A stretch of 64,000 nucleotides of DNA, from assembly GCA_965153285.1 (NCBI GenBank), contig OZ229114.1. One strand, given 5' to 3'. The translations under genes and the position numbers were made by a program. The notes beneath the pieces were generated by a model. The model did not search any database. It had not been told where the DNA came from and was given only the letters and a program-made list of their open reading frames with translations. Numbering within the stretch: position 1 is the first letter of the stretch; each line of letters begins with the position of its first letter. The DNA comes from Podarcis tiliguerta (Eukaryota). Shown one piece after another: positions 42,101 through 63,738 of the stretch.

Positions 42101-43672
42101 CATTTGTATTTAAGTAAGTTTTCTGAGTACAAGCCGAATCCTATTCTGTTCAATTATGGCATACCTTTTGAATTCAAAATTATTTATGGTGCAATTGTAC
42201 AGCTGTCTACTAAGAAGTTTTATTTAGTTCAGTGGGGGCTTACTCCCAAGTAAGTGTGTTTAGCATTGCTGCATGTGTTCTATAAAGTAAAACAGTTGTT
42301 AAACAGTGTCAAAACCACAGTTTTGAATGGGTGGGGAGAGAAGCTTCCTTCCTGCGGAACAACTTATAAAGGTGTCTAATGCATTCCTAACTTACATAAT
42401 GTTGGGCTAACATGGTTCCCGATTCTTGCTCTAAACAAAGTTGTCTGCACTGTGTTTTTAAGTCCACATGAAAGCCATGGAAGCATTAAAAGCTAATCCT
42501 CTTCAAAGACAACGGAGATCTGATAAACCTGTTACGTACACACTTGCAGGGAAGTACTTTCCATCAGCCCTGTAGGTAAACAACTAATATTGCCAACTCA
42601 TGCAAAACAGTCGCACTTAAAGAACAGCAGCACGATATTGCAAAACCCTCGCCTGCATGCATGTATTTTGTGCTCTCGTTTCTGACATCCACACACACTA
42701 AGAGAAAAGCATTCGTGTACCGACGGCGACACAGTATTTAAAGACGATCGCAGTTTGCGAAGAAAAAAACTCGATTTCCCAGATTTTTTTTTGCGAAAAA
42801 AAATTCTTTCGCTCGAATTTCAGCGATCGTTCGCCGCTTGCTAAGTTCTCCCCTTAGTAAACCGGTTACGACCAATGTGACGTTGAATTCCTCCCATTAA
42901 AAACATGACTCCCAGCAAAAAATACAAGGGGTGGGCGGAGGGGTAGGGAAAAGAAAACAACCACAGCCACCACTGAGCGTTATTTGCGCCAGCTGTTTAC
43001 GACTTGCTTACTCCTGCTTGCACCACTACACCCGACTCAATCGCTTGGGGGCTATTTCGCAGCCGCATACGACCCCCTTTCTTGCCTACCAGAGTCACTT
43101 CGCAGACTCGGAGAAAGAGGCCAATACACCGCCCCCTCCCCTCAAAGCCAAGCCTCCCTCCTTAAGCAGCTCAGTGCCAGAGTCCACCTTCCCTTCCCCC
43201 ACGGCCTCGCATTAGCACTGATTCACCCGCTCCCAGGTAGAGGTCCCCCTCCAGAAAAATCACACACATTTAACCGCCTGTTATACAACCAGGGCAGAAA
43301 CCCAGGTGGGGGGGGTGGAGAGAGACACCCCACCCCACCCTCCTCCTCGCGCCTCCTCAACGGCTTACACAACGGAAAGAGGGAGCTGGGGGGCGCGCGC
43401 GCACACACACACACACCCCTCTCCCCCCCCCGTTAATACTACTCCTGCTACTACTACTACTACTACACTGGCACACAACACCCCCATTTTGGGGCAACGG
43501 CGCGCCGCGTGGCGGAGGAGGTGGGGAAGGAGACACGATACCCGGAGACGAAGAGCCGCTGTCGCAGCGAAAGCAGGCGAGGCGGAGCGAGAGGCCGGGC
43601 GAAGGAGCAGCCCCAGGAGAGCAGCACAGTCCTGCTGAGGAGAGGAATAAGCCGGGGGAACCACTGCCGCAT
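621..43672 (-). CDS. IDE: Insulin-degrading enzyme (insulysin, M16A metallopeptidase), exons 1-20; 3' exons lie outside the window
   Basis: Spliced exons translate to IDE-like sequence including the inverted zinc motif HFCEH; GT-AG boundaries with consistent phases; exon sizes 185,208,170,123,113,163,93,92,81,104,103,123,83,(145),111,121,92,112,168. Confidence 0.98.
1521..1632 (-). CDS. IDE: IDE exon 19 ([37 protein letters not shown])
   Basis: ccag| acceptor, |gtaagt donor, 112 bp. Confidence 0.96.
2680..2694 (-). other. Candidate 15-nt in-frame IDE microexon (VTFCE) in intron 18
   Basis: Minus strand ttttcttttctatgcaag|GTTACTTTCTGTGAG|gtaaga in a phase-0 intron. Confidence 0.4.
4007..4098 (-). 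CDS. IDE: IDE exon 18 ([30 protein letters not shown])
   Basis: gtag| acceptor, |gttggt donor, 92 bp. Confidence 0.96.
4950..5345 (+). mobile_element. Degraded L2-like LINE ORF2 3' fragment
   Basis: Decayed [11 protein letters not shown]-type coding (ctgcactgactg...gcccaattcaaggtattagta); similar to 53535-53790; boundaries approximate. Confidence 0.55.
7095..7215 (-). CDS. IDE: IDE exon 17 ([40 protein letters not shown])
   Basis: ttag| acceptor, |gtgagc donor, 121 bp. Confidence 0.96.
7939..8049 (-). CDS. IDE: IDE exon 16 ([37 protein letters not shown])
   Basis: atag| acceptor, |gtaagc donor, 111 bp, starts in phase 0. Confidence 0.96.
9528..9605 (+). mobile_element. Penelope-like terminal remnant with degenerate minimal hammerhead motif
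   Basis: ctgatga-aggtgg..cacac-aaaagctcatgc..aataaa..ttagtctt; related remnants at about 14125-14215 and 61080-61160. Confidence 0.5.
9940..10103. other. Assembly gap or masked run (164 N) covering putative IDE exon 15b
   Basis: N run starts 1 nt after a strong minus-strand acceptor. Confidence 0.95.
9960..10104 (-). CDS. IDE: Putative IDE alternative exon 15b (almost entirely N; end inferred from 145-bp size)
   Basis: Acceptor ccttttgttttgtttttcttttttgttag|T; exon 14 AG + T gives Ser; mammalian IDE has a mutually exclusive 15a/15b pair. Confidence 0.6.
10507..10654. other. Assembly gap or masked run (148 N) covering most of IDE exon 15a
   Basis: N run begins after exon sequence encoding PFAYV. 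Confidence 0.95.
10527..10671 (-). CDS. IDE: IDE exon 15a (S-PFAYV...; remainder in N, end inferred from 145-bp size)
   Basis: ttcttccag|C CCA TTT GCT TAC GTG G matches canonical SPFAYVD. Confidence 0.88.
13478..13832 (+). mobile_element. Full-length Sauria SINE
   Basis: tRNA-like head with A box (gtggcgctgtgg) and B box (ggttcgaatccc), (ACCTTT)n tail, 13-bp TSD taaggatagtaga at 13465-13477 and 13833-13845. Confidence 0.92.
14414..14496 (-). CDS. IDE: IDE exon 14 ([28 protein letters not shown])
   Basis: tcag| acceptor, |gtatgc donor, 83 bp, ends in phase 2. Confidence 0.96.
15188..15310 (-). CDS. IDE: IDE exon 13 ([41 protein letters not shown])
   Basis: gtag| acceptor, |gtaagc donor, 123 bp. 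Confidence 0.96.
15980..16341. mobile_element. GC-rich non-autonomous hAT-like DNA transposon
   Basis: Starts cagtggcggag, degenerate right end ctccacccca, 8-bp near-TSD attgtaag/attgttag, abrupt GC/CpG shift. Confidence 0.55.
16404..16506 (-). CDS. IDE: IDE exon 12 ([34 protein letters not shown])
   Basis: ttag| acceptor, |gtgtgg donor, 103 bp. Confidence 0.95.
16778..16833. repeat. Compound (TA)n(CA)n(GA)n microsatellite
   Basis: Direct reading. Confidence 0.9.
16918..16955. repeat. Tandem repeat of aaaatttcact, about 3 copies
   Basis: Direct reading. Confidence 0.85.
18740..18843 (-). CDS. IDE: IDE exon 11 ([34 protein letters not shown])
   Basis: gtag| acceptor, |gtaagc donor, 104 bp. 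Confidence 0.96.
19872..19952 (-). CDS. IDE: IDE exon 10 ([27 protein letters not shown])
   Basis: ttag| acceptor, |gtaagt donor, 81 bp. Confidence 0.96.
20521..20612 (-). CDS. IDE: IDE exon 9 ([30 protein letters not shown])
   Basis: aaag| acceptor, |gtatga donor, 92 bp. Confidence 0.95.
22011..22103 (-). CDS. IDE: IDE exon 8 ([30 protein letters not shown])
   Basis: acag| acceptor, |gtaagt donor, 93 bp. Confidence 0.96.
22760..22922 (-). CDS. IDE: IDE exon 7 ([54 protein letters not shown])
   Basis: acag| acceptor, |gtaagg donor, 163 bp. Confidence 0.96.
23294..23406 (-). CDS. IDE: IDE exon 6 ([37 protein letters not shown])
   Basis: acag| acceptor, |gtgggt donor, 113 bp. Confidence 0.96.
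24045..24113. repeat. (CA)n(CT)n(CA)n microsatellite
   Basis: Direct reading. Confidence 0.9.
24191..24313 (-). CDS. IDE: IDE exon 5 ([40 protein letters not shown])
   Basis: gtag| acceptor, |gtaaga donor, 123 bp. Confidence 0.96.
24765..25345 (-). mobile_element. 5'-truncated L1-type LINE (ORF2 C-terminus plus 3'UTR)
   Basis: [39 protein letters not shown] resembles squamate L1 ORF2 C-terminus; paralogous to 27434-27763; boundaries approximate. Confidence 0.7.
27112..27808 (-). mobile_element. 5'-truncated L1-type LINE (ORF2 C-terminus plus 3'UTR)
   Basis: [47 protein letters not shown]; T-rich 3'UTR; boundaries approximate. Confidence 0.7.
28027..28196 (-). CDS. IDE: IDE exon 4 ([56 protein letters not shown])
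   Basis: gcag| acceptor, |gtattt donor, 170 bp; contains the third zinc ligand Glu (DSEHE). Confidence 0.96.
29417..29624 (-). CDS. IDE: IDE exon 3 containing the HFCEH zinc-binding motif
   Basis: [68 protein letters not shown]; 208 bp; GT-AG. Confidence 0.97.
30642..30826 (-). CDS. IDE: IDE exon 2 including the second in-frame Met (ATG at 30801-30799)
   Basis: [61 protein letters not shown]; 185 bp. Confidence 0.96.
32334..32697 (+). mobile_element. Full-length Sauria SINE (second subfamily)
   Basis: A/B boxes, (ACCTTT)n tail, TSD ttatgtatcta at 32323-32333 and 32698-32708. Confidence 0.92.
33759..34255. mobile_element. Solo LTR
   Basis: TG...CA ends with inverted termini tgccacag/ctgtgaca and a perfect 5-bp TSD tagaa (33754-33758, 34256-34260). 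Confidence 0.75.
34642..34781. mobile_element. Short hAT-type MITE
   Basis: cagag...ctctg ends, internal hairpin, 8-bp near-TSD ctttaaac/ctttaaat; relatives near 6160-6300, 13141-13195 and 52170-52470. Confidence 0.65.
36412..36778 (-). mobile_element. CR1 LINE fragments (3' end plus internal RT segment)
   Basis: atcatagaa..ggaagggacctcaaggatcatctagtccaac CR1 3'UTR and the reverse complement of an IKFADDT-type RT motif (gtgtcatctgcaaatttgat). Confidence 0.75.
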
Positions 43673-44650
43673 TATATCCCGGCCCTGCCTGTTGTCGCCG
43701 GTGCTCAAGCCCGGCCTACCTCTCCGCCGCTCCTCCCTCAGCTGAAGCCGCTTCTGGCCGGCGGAGGCGCCATTTTCTCTGCCCTCGTTTACCCGGCGGA
43801 GTGTCGCTGCTGCTGCTGCCCTCGCCCACCTCCTCCTCCCTTCAAGCCCCGCGCCGAGGCCTGGAAGCACTTCTGCTGCTCCTACCTGGGGCCGAGGGGA
43901 ACAAGTCGCCTTCCTGCGAAGGGACCGCTAAGAGAGAGACCGAGGGCGGCGGCGGCGGCGGCTGCAGAAGCGACGCGGCGGGAAAGCGCCTGTTGCTGCT
44001 GCTGCGGTATAAAAGGAGCAAAAGGCCGCCGAACTGTCTGCTGCTCTTCTCGATCGCGGGGTGGAGGGATTCCCGTTATGGAGAACGATGACAGCCTGGT
44101 TTCTAAGACACTCGCCCTTTGCACGCTTTGCTTCGATAGTCGACCCCGTTTTAACTTCCGAGTTAAAAGCATGCACGTGCGAAAGGAACTGGCACATGGG
44201 TGGAACGCCCCAGAGCGCGCGCTCTCATTCTGCTTCTCCGGGAGACCCTCCTAACTATACACTTACCTAGGGGGAGAACGAGTCTTGCCACCATCCACTG
44301 GATTTTGCTTCCAATTAAAATGGGTTAGGAGACATCACCGCTCGAGCCCGGCATCCTTCCGATTCCGGAAGAACAACGCGATCTGCGGCAGGGGCTGTTG
44401 CAGGCGAATGGCTTGCTCGGCACGAGCGTCGGCAGACAACAGCCTACTAGACGGTTGTACGTATGCGAAATCGGCTGACCCAGTAATGAAGCAGTTGGAA
44501 GGCAGCATCACCTGTCTCCTGTGTGGGATCCTTTTTTAAACAGCCAGATCCGATGCAGATAGGCGCGCCTATGCCTTTTGATTTCGATGGGGTATGCGCT
44601 AAGCTGCGTAGAATCGGTGTAAGGACAAAAAGGGCTTCAGAAATACCGGT
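42700..44650. promoter_or_regulatory. IDE CpG island and promoter
   Basis: High GC and CpG density around exon 1; YY1-like gccatttt at 43769-43776; E-box cacgtg near 44174. Confidence 0.85.
43542..43672 (-). CDS. IDE: IDE exon 1 coding part ([44 protein letters not shown]), presequence-like
   Basis: ATG in CpG island; GG|gtatcg phase-2 donor joins exon 2 in frame; Arg/Leu/Ser-rich with no acidic residues, like the IDE mitochondrial leader. Confidence 0.8.
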
Positions 44651-45493
44651 AATCTGTGAAATGGCAACGGTAAAATCAAGCTAAATGATCAAGGCACACG
44701 TATATTTGGCACAGAGGCAAAAACTAGCCTTGGGCACAAACTGAAGCATTCTAAGAGTTTCTGTTTATTATTAAAGGAAAGTTCTAGCCCTCTAGTCTGA
44801 AATATAGGTTCCTTCCTACATTCATGTTTGCCTCTCCCTGCGATTAAAAGCAAAACAAATTATGCAAATAAGTACAAATACTTTGTTTTTAATTTACATA
44901 TACATATAACTAGTTTTGTGTGGATGAGACCAAATGTCCATCTAGGAGTCTAGTGTTACATTTCCAGCTATGACTAGCAAGCTACTTGTTGAAAACTTAA
45001 AAGTGTAGCATGAAGACAACAGCCTCTTCCTGTTCTTTGTCTCCAGCACCTGGTCATAAAATTCATCCTTTTTTCACAGAATTTTATTGATCTTGGTGTA
45101 AAATTCTGGTGTTAGTGGGTTGCTGTTTTTCCCTTTTAAAGCACAATTTATATGCAGGCTGGTATTTAGTCAAACTTCATAAGAGGAACCTGCTGGATCA
45201 GGCCAATACCCCTTCCTAGTCCATCATCCTGGAGTATAATGGGGTAGATGGTGAAGAACTCAGGGTATTTCTGCAAGACAGGAATCTTTGGAAGAATTAT
45301 ACAGGCCTATAAAATCAGTACAAAAGTTCCCATTAACTTTAATTGCAGCTTTCAAGCTTGTTCTGTTTGGCTGATGATGTACAGTTTAAAAAAACACTGT
45401 TAATTTCTTCTTCCAAAGTTGTACAGACGACATTTGACATATTTTAATTAGAGTAACATAATTCATACTTCCAGGAATACTAAACACATGTGG

Positions 45494-45725
45494 AATCAGA
45501 GAGTTGTAGAAGGAAGGACCCCGAGGGTCATCTAGTCCAACCCCCTGAAATTCAGGAATCTCAACTAAAGCATTCATGACAGAGGGCCATCCAGCCTCTG
45601 CTTAAAAACCTCCAAGGAAGGAGAGTCTACAACTGCCTGAGGGAGTCTGCACACATTCCACCTCTGCACACATTCCAGTTTGCCAATATCCTCAAATTGT
45701 GGCACCCAGAACTGGACAGAGCATT
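45494..45725 (-). mobile_element. CR1 LINE 3' fragment
   Basis: Reverse strand encodes LPQAVVDSPSLEVFKQRLDG, the CR1 ORF2 end; gggtcatctagtccaaccc. Confidence 0.75.
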
Positions 45726-45739
45726 GGTGCCAAGGTCTG

Positions 45740-46628
45740 TGTGACATGGGGGGGGGTGCTTGTTGTGTGCGCATGTCACATGTTTGACATATGTATGACA
45801 TCACACAAATCAGGAGGAGGCCGCAAGGCCCAGGGAGGTCTGTTGCCACCACAGTTAGGCCTGATAAGGCCTTCCGCCATCATAGGGAGACAGCTCATTG
45901 CCTGACATACATTCTGGGTCTTATTAACCCTATAAACAATAATGGCTCCCAGTGGGTTTTTAATGATGGGCAACTAGGCCAGTTGGGCCTCCTGAAGCAA
46001 CAGCTGTGATGGAAAAGTTTGTTTTGCTTGGCAGTTGGGTCAACAAGTGATTTCTTTTTCTTTTTCCCTGCCAGCAAATGGTTAGCGAACGGCAGCTTAT
46101 GATTCCAGGAGGGGAAGTTGAGAAGGAGAGGATTTGGAGAGACAGTTTTTAGTTGGGGATAGAGTAGGTTGGGAGAATAGGTTGGGGCATAGGTAGGGAG
46201 ACAGGGAGTAAGAGGAGAGAGTTTGTTCTGGGTAGAAACACCCACTCTAAGGAATATATCATAAGCTAGAGAAAGGAGTCTCTGAGCTTATTGTGAAGGA
46301 CAGTGTGTGGTGTCCTGTAAGAGTAATTAGGCCAGGAATTAACTGGGAGGCTGAGCCAGGAGAAGTAGAAGTTGTGAGAATACAGTCTACTTAGGTCTCA
46401 TTCCAGTCAGGAGGGGAGAGATTCTTCTACGAAAAGAGAAGACTCCCAAACCAGTTAAGAGGGGTGTGGAGATCCCTTGAGTCTGTTACTTGGGAGTACC
46501 TCAGAAGTAGGGTTGTCTGAAAAACCAACATTCTTGCAAAGTCCTGCTGGCTTTGAGGTTGGGGTGCTTGCTTGTTCTTTTGACATCCACTTGCCAGTAG
46601 GAATAAGGGAACTATGGGGCTTGTCACA
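45740..46628. mobile_element. Possible LTR-like insertion
   Basis: Termini tgtgaca...tgtcaca; no TSD found. Confidence 0.35.
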
Positions 46629-47989
46629 GAAAGAGCTACAATCTATGGAGTACAAATCTTAGAACTTCCAGTACACAGATTTGTGCTCTCGGTCTCCCTT
46701 CTTTTAACAGGAGTGGCAGAAGGTGGAGTAGGTTCTGGTGGTAAACCTCTGAGGAAACTGAAGAAATTTGACAAGGAGCACTCAGTTTTAGCAGCAATAT
46801 AAAGACTCACCATCCACCACATGCTACTGAAATGAAGTTGAGAGATAGGGAGTGTAACCAGAATGGGTAACCAGAAGTAGCTTTTTGAGACAGCTCATTT
46901 AAGTTATGGTATTCAAAATGAACGAATGAACGAATTCCTATGCCCCAGAAATAACCCAGAGATGCATTTTAAATAAAAGGACACATTCTTCTCATGTAAA
47001 AACACACTGATTCCATTTAGAAGACGATTGGGCTGGATCCGGCCCCCGGGCCTTAGTTTGTCTACCCATGAAATAGATCTTGCAAGCCTGCAGGCTGCCT
47101 ATACCTGTTCTAGAGAGCCTACACCAACAGCCTAATGTTCAGCGTGTTCCCTGTTGTTGTACCAGACCTGCTCAGTGATTCCAACAAGTTTCACAACATA
47201 TTACAGGACTGGGACACCCCGAAAGAATACAACTTTTGTAAACATCCTCATCCGAGGCTAGTTCCTGCTTTGCTTGTTTAGAATCTGTAAACATTTCCCT
47301 CTTTCCTTGACCTCCCTAGTCCTTCAGCCGAAGGGGTGGGGGAACCTTTCCTGGCTAGTGATCCAGATTCTTATCTTTCCACCTCTGCTGAACCAAGTTT
47401 TACAGGTGGGTGGGACTGTCCTATCAGTCACCTGATGTCACTATGATGTGAGGTGATATGGGGTTTTGAAGCCCCACTTGTTGACCCTCCAGGACCAGGG
47501 TGAGTTGCCACCACTCATCAGCTGTAGGCAGGGGAGAAACTATGCTTTATTTAATCTGGGTCAAAAACACACTCCCATGCACATTTGCGTACACACACAC
47601 AGGCTGGGAGCCCCAATGGTAATCCTCTCTAGAAGCTTCACCTGGGGCAAAAAAACTGGCTACCCCTCCTGCCACTGCCACTATGGCTCTGCTATAAGGA
47701 TTCACTTTAAGCTCCTAGTCGAATGCCTTGGCCTCAACACCTAGTTGAAAAAAGGCTTCATACTCATCGTCAAGGTGAAAAGTAATTAGTAAGAATGTGA
47801 TTATTTGATGCCAATTATATACACACCCTCCTTTCATTAAGCCTTATACGTAATGACATATATGAGGAAATGCCTAATTGCAATCATGTCAATTACAGCA
47901 CGGCACACAAGCTACTTGTGCTGTAGTCTGCTGTTCTTTGACCAATGGATGAATTCCTCTTAAACTGAAGTGCTACTTATTAATTTAAT

Positions 47990-48185
47990 TCATATCTCAA
48001 TCTTTTCTTTGAGAAGCTCATGGTGGTGTACATGGTTCTCCCCCTTTCTCATTTAATACCCTCAACAACCCTGTGAAGTAGGCTAGGGTGAGAGGCAGTG
48101 ATCGGCCCAAGGTTACCCAGTGAGTTTCATGGCCAAGTGGGGAACAGAACCCTGGCTCCAGGTGCTAGCCTGACATGCTAGCCAG
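47990..48185 (-). mobile_element. MIR/CORE-SINE-like element
   Basis: caacaaccctgtgaagtagg..gcccaaggttacccagtgagt core; similar copy at about 56250-56350. Confidence 0.55.
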
Positions 48186-49126
48186 AGGTTTGGAAGGGAT
48201 ATCAAATTTGGGGGTTCATAGTTAATAACCCTCTACCCACTCATTTGAGAGAAAGCCTCACTAAAACGCAGTGAAGTCACCTGTGCAGAGATAGGCAATA
48301 ATTTTAAACCACACAATCTTACCTGTCTCCAGTTGTAGTTCAAGTAGGTGGAACTGTCTGTGACCTGGCAGATCCTTGCTGCAATATCTTTGTTCACTGG
48401 TTATTCCTGCCTGCTGCTGTCAGTCATCCACCCATGTCCAAACAAATCTAAGGCATTTGTATAAACCCAAGAAACCAAAGTAGGACAATGAATCTGCATT
48501 AACAGGCTGTTAAATATATTCAGAAGCCAGGGCAACAGCTAATTTAAATTTGACCCCGCCATAAAGTCTTGGAATGCCTCGTCTTCTGTGCTCTGCATCT
48601 TGAAGATGTTCAAGCAGGAACATGAGAATCCAAATAAGTTCTGATGAGAGCTACAGTATACACAAGACAGTGACGAAGCTCCATTCACAGCTAATATAAT
48701 ATTTTTGTTCCAGATTCTTGGGAGGGAGGGAGGGTGCCCTGCCAAAGGCAAGGGGGCTCTTTCTCTGGGATTCAGAAGCAAGACAAGGCACAATTGGGGA
48801 AGAAAGCCTTAAGATTTATTAAAAAGCAGGCAGATTATACATAAGAGTATACTACACCAAGTAAGCAACACCTCCGTTCAGTTGCTGGGAGCTCCACAGG
48901 GACAGCAACGGAGAGGACCCCATAGGTAGTCACCAAATGACACAGCATGGCAGGTCTGCACTGATGCTCTCCCTGTGTCTGAATCACAGGGGCCTTCCTA
49001 AATTGGGCTGCATGATTGGTGCGACAGCTGCCAATAATAAGCCTAATGCTGCTTCAAGGGATCTTCCCCCAATCACAGCTGTTCTCTCTTACAGGTATTT
49101 AGGCTGTGATCCTCCTAAGATGGTAT

Positions 49127-49189
49127 GTTGTTGTTTAGTCGTTCAGTCGTGTCCGACTCTTCGTGACCCCATGGACCAGAGCATCTATA
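49127..49189 (-). mobile_element. Very short 5'-truncated RTE-BovB-type insertion
   Basis: (GTT)n tail plus tcagtcgtgtccgactcttcgtgaccccatggac; 13-bp TSD cctaagatggtat at 49114-49126 and 49190-49202. Confidence 0.8.
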
Positions 49190-51360
49190 CCTAAGATGGT
49201 ATAGTTGTACGCTATCTCTTCTAAATGTTTAAGCTGGGAAGCAGACAAGTAACACATTTTAGCAAAATACTGTAAGGTTGTTTCTAGCCAAAATAAGGAT
49301 AACTGCTGCCTAGGAGAGTGAAGGTCACTGGCATGAAGGAGCAATTGTGACAGGCCACTACACCACATCGATGTACAATATATCTTCTGGTGCATTTCCC
49401 ATACAGGGTGTAGCTACATTTTTTACTTCTTGACTTCATGACACGCCCCCCCCCCCCCCAATCTAGGCTTCTCTTCATGCCCACAGACAGCATGGTAAAA
49501 TCATGGTCTTAACACCATCTGCTCCCGAAAAGCAAAAAAGTATAAGATGCAAGGAACAAGCCCTCATGATTTTACATGCAGGTATCACAGTTCCACCGTA
49601 CAATAACAGGCCACATCCATGCCACATAAATCCACAGTGGTGCTGCAAAGTTCTGGATCCATCGGTTTCACAGCACTCTAAAAGCCTTTAAAAATTTTGT
49701 TTAGTAAGGTTTAGATAGCACTAAGAACAACTAGGTGGTTTAGGTAAAATAGTACAAAATATTAATTTAAATAGTGACAAAACAGCCTTTAAAATTTCAT
49801 AATACAATTTTCAAAATTTAAATAAAAGCAAGTTTTAAAAAACAAATATGCATGATAAAATTACATGTCTGTGTAGTCTTTCATAAACAGAAAAGCTTAT
49901 AGCAGGCATGGAAAACAATATAATTATGGTGCTTGCCTAGTAATTATATTATTGCCCACTATTGCCTAACTTGGCTCATAATTTTGTTATGTTTTGATTG
50001 GTCCTAGTAAACTGTCATTAGGTTGTTAAAAATTCTTTGTGTCACTCCCAAGGATACTTAAGAAATGCCTTTTTATAGGCCCCAAAGGTGGTCCTTTCAC
50101 ACCACAGAGGACAAATGGTAGCTTCCAGCAAATGAATCGCCCTAGGTGAGTCTCCTCCCTCTGCAGTTTTCCTTTCCTCACAGCAAGGAGGCAGGGAATG
50201 GGAACAGTTCACCTGGTGACTGACTGGACACGTCATATGTAAATAAGTACGCTCTCTCTCCCTAGTTTCCACCATAAGGAATCCTGCATAGCAACCGTGT
50301 AACACCGGACTCAGGTTTCACAGCTTCAGAACTATGTGATAGGCAAGCCGAAAAGGGCAGTGGAAACTACAACTCCCAGCATGCCCTGTTGTCATTAAAC
50401 TGACGGTGCTTTTACAAATCCCTAAGCATAGAGATAAACGATTAGAGCAACAGCCAGTAGTTTCCCTATTTGGAAATTTCTATTTTACTCCGTGAGATGA
50501 CTAAAACAGAAGAGTGTCTGTCTGCAGAAGTAATGCTGCGCAGCTTCCGCACAGGACCACCGAATAACCGAGCATTTGCTTGGGATCAAGTGTTCACACG
50601 TGCCAGTCCTGGTGTTATACACGAATATTTCCAGCAGAGATGCGTCTCCCGATTCTTTTTTCCTCTGAAATGTGAGAAATGGTCTTCTTACCGCGGCTCA
50701 GGTCCAGAGGCTGGAATGCGCTTCCCATACATACATACATATTTTTTTCATACAACGTAAAGACCTGCGCACAAACTGTGCCTTTGCTCTAAACACTTTG
50801 CCACCAAATCTCAGCCTGACATTTTATTTTGTTTTAAATCTTGCCACAGGCTTTTGCGTCAGAAGTACCCCAGAAGTCCTTTCTACAAAACGGGAACGGA
50901 CTGCTTATACATTAGTGGTCTATGTTTCATTTTGATCCTTGCGTCGCCGGATCACGCAGTCAAAAACGTAAGTCCGCTTCCTGGGAGGAAATAATAAACG
51001 AAAAGAGGGAGAAAAAGTCCCGTGTTGCCCTGCGCGCCTCCTCCCTTCGCGCTGATTGGCCGAGGCGCGAAGGAGCGAGTCGTTCAAAGTAGGCGAGTGT
51101 GGAGGCGCTTTGGGCGCGCGTCTCGTTTGAGGCGGTTCTTCTTGACATTTGCCGGTCCGAAGCGTTTCTTTTTCCTCCGGGAGCCGGCGGCTCTTTTTCT
51201 CCATCTCCCGCGGGCGTTTCGGCCAGCCGGTGGAGCTCGCAAGTGCGGGGACCCCCCTCCCGCAGCCGTTAAAGACGAAACGGGACTCGAGCGGCCGCCT
51301 CCCTTCCCTTCCCTTCCTCCGCTCCGCCCGCGTCGGGGTCTTGCCTGCAGCGGCCTGAAC

Positions 51361-63738
<12,378 letters not shown>

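Noticed and set aside
42931-44539. Many overlapping 60-150 aa ORFs near IDE exon 1
   Set aside because: Expected stop-codon scarcity in a GC-rich island; only 43672-43542 splices in frame to IDE
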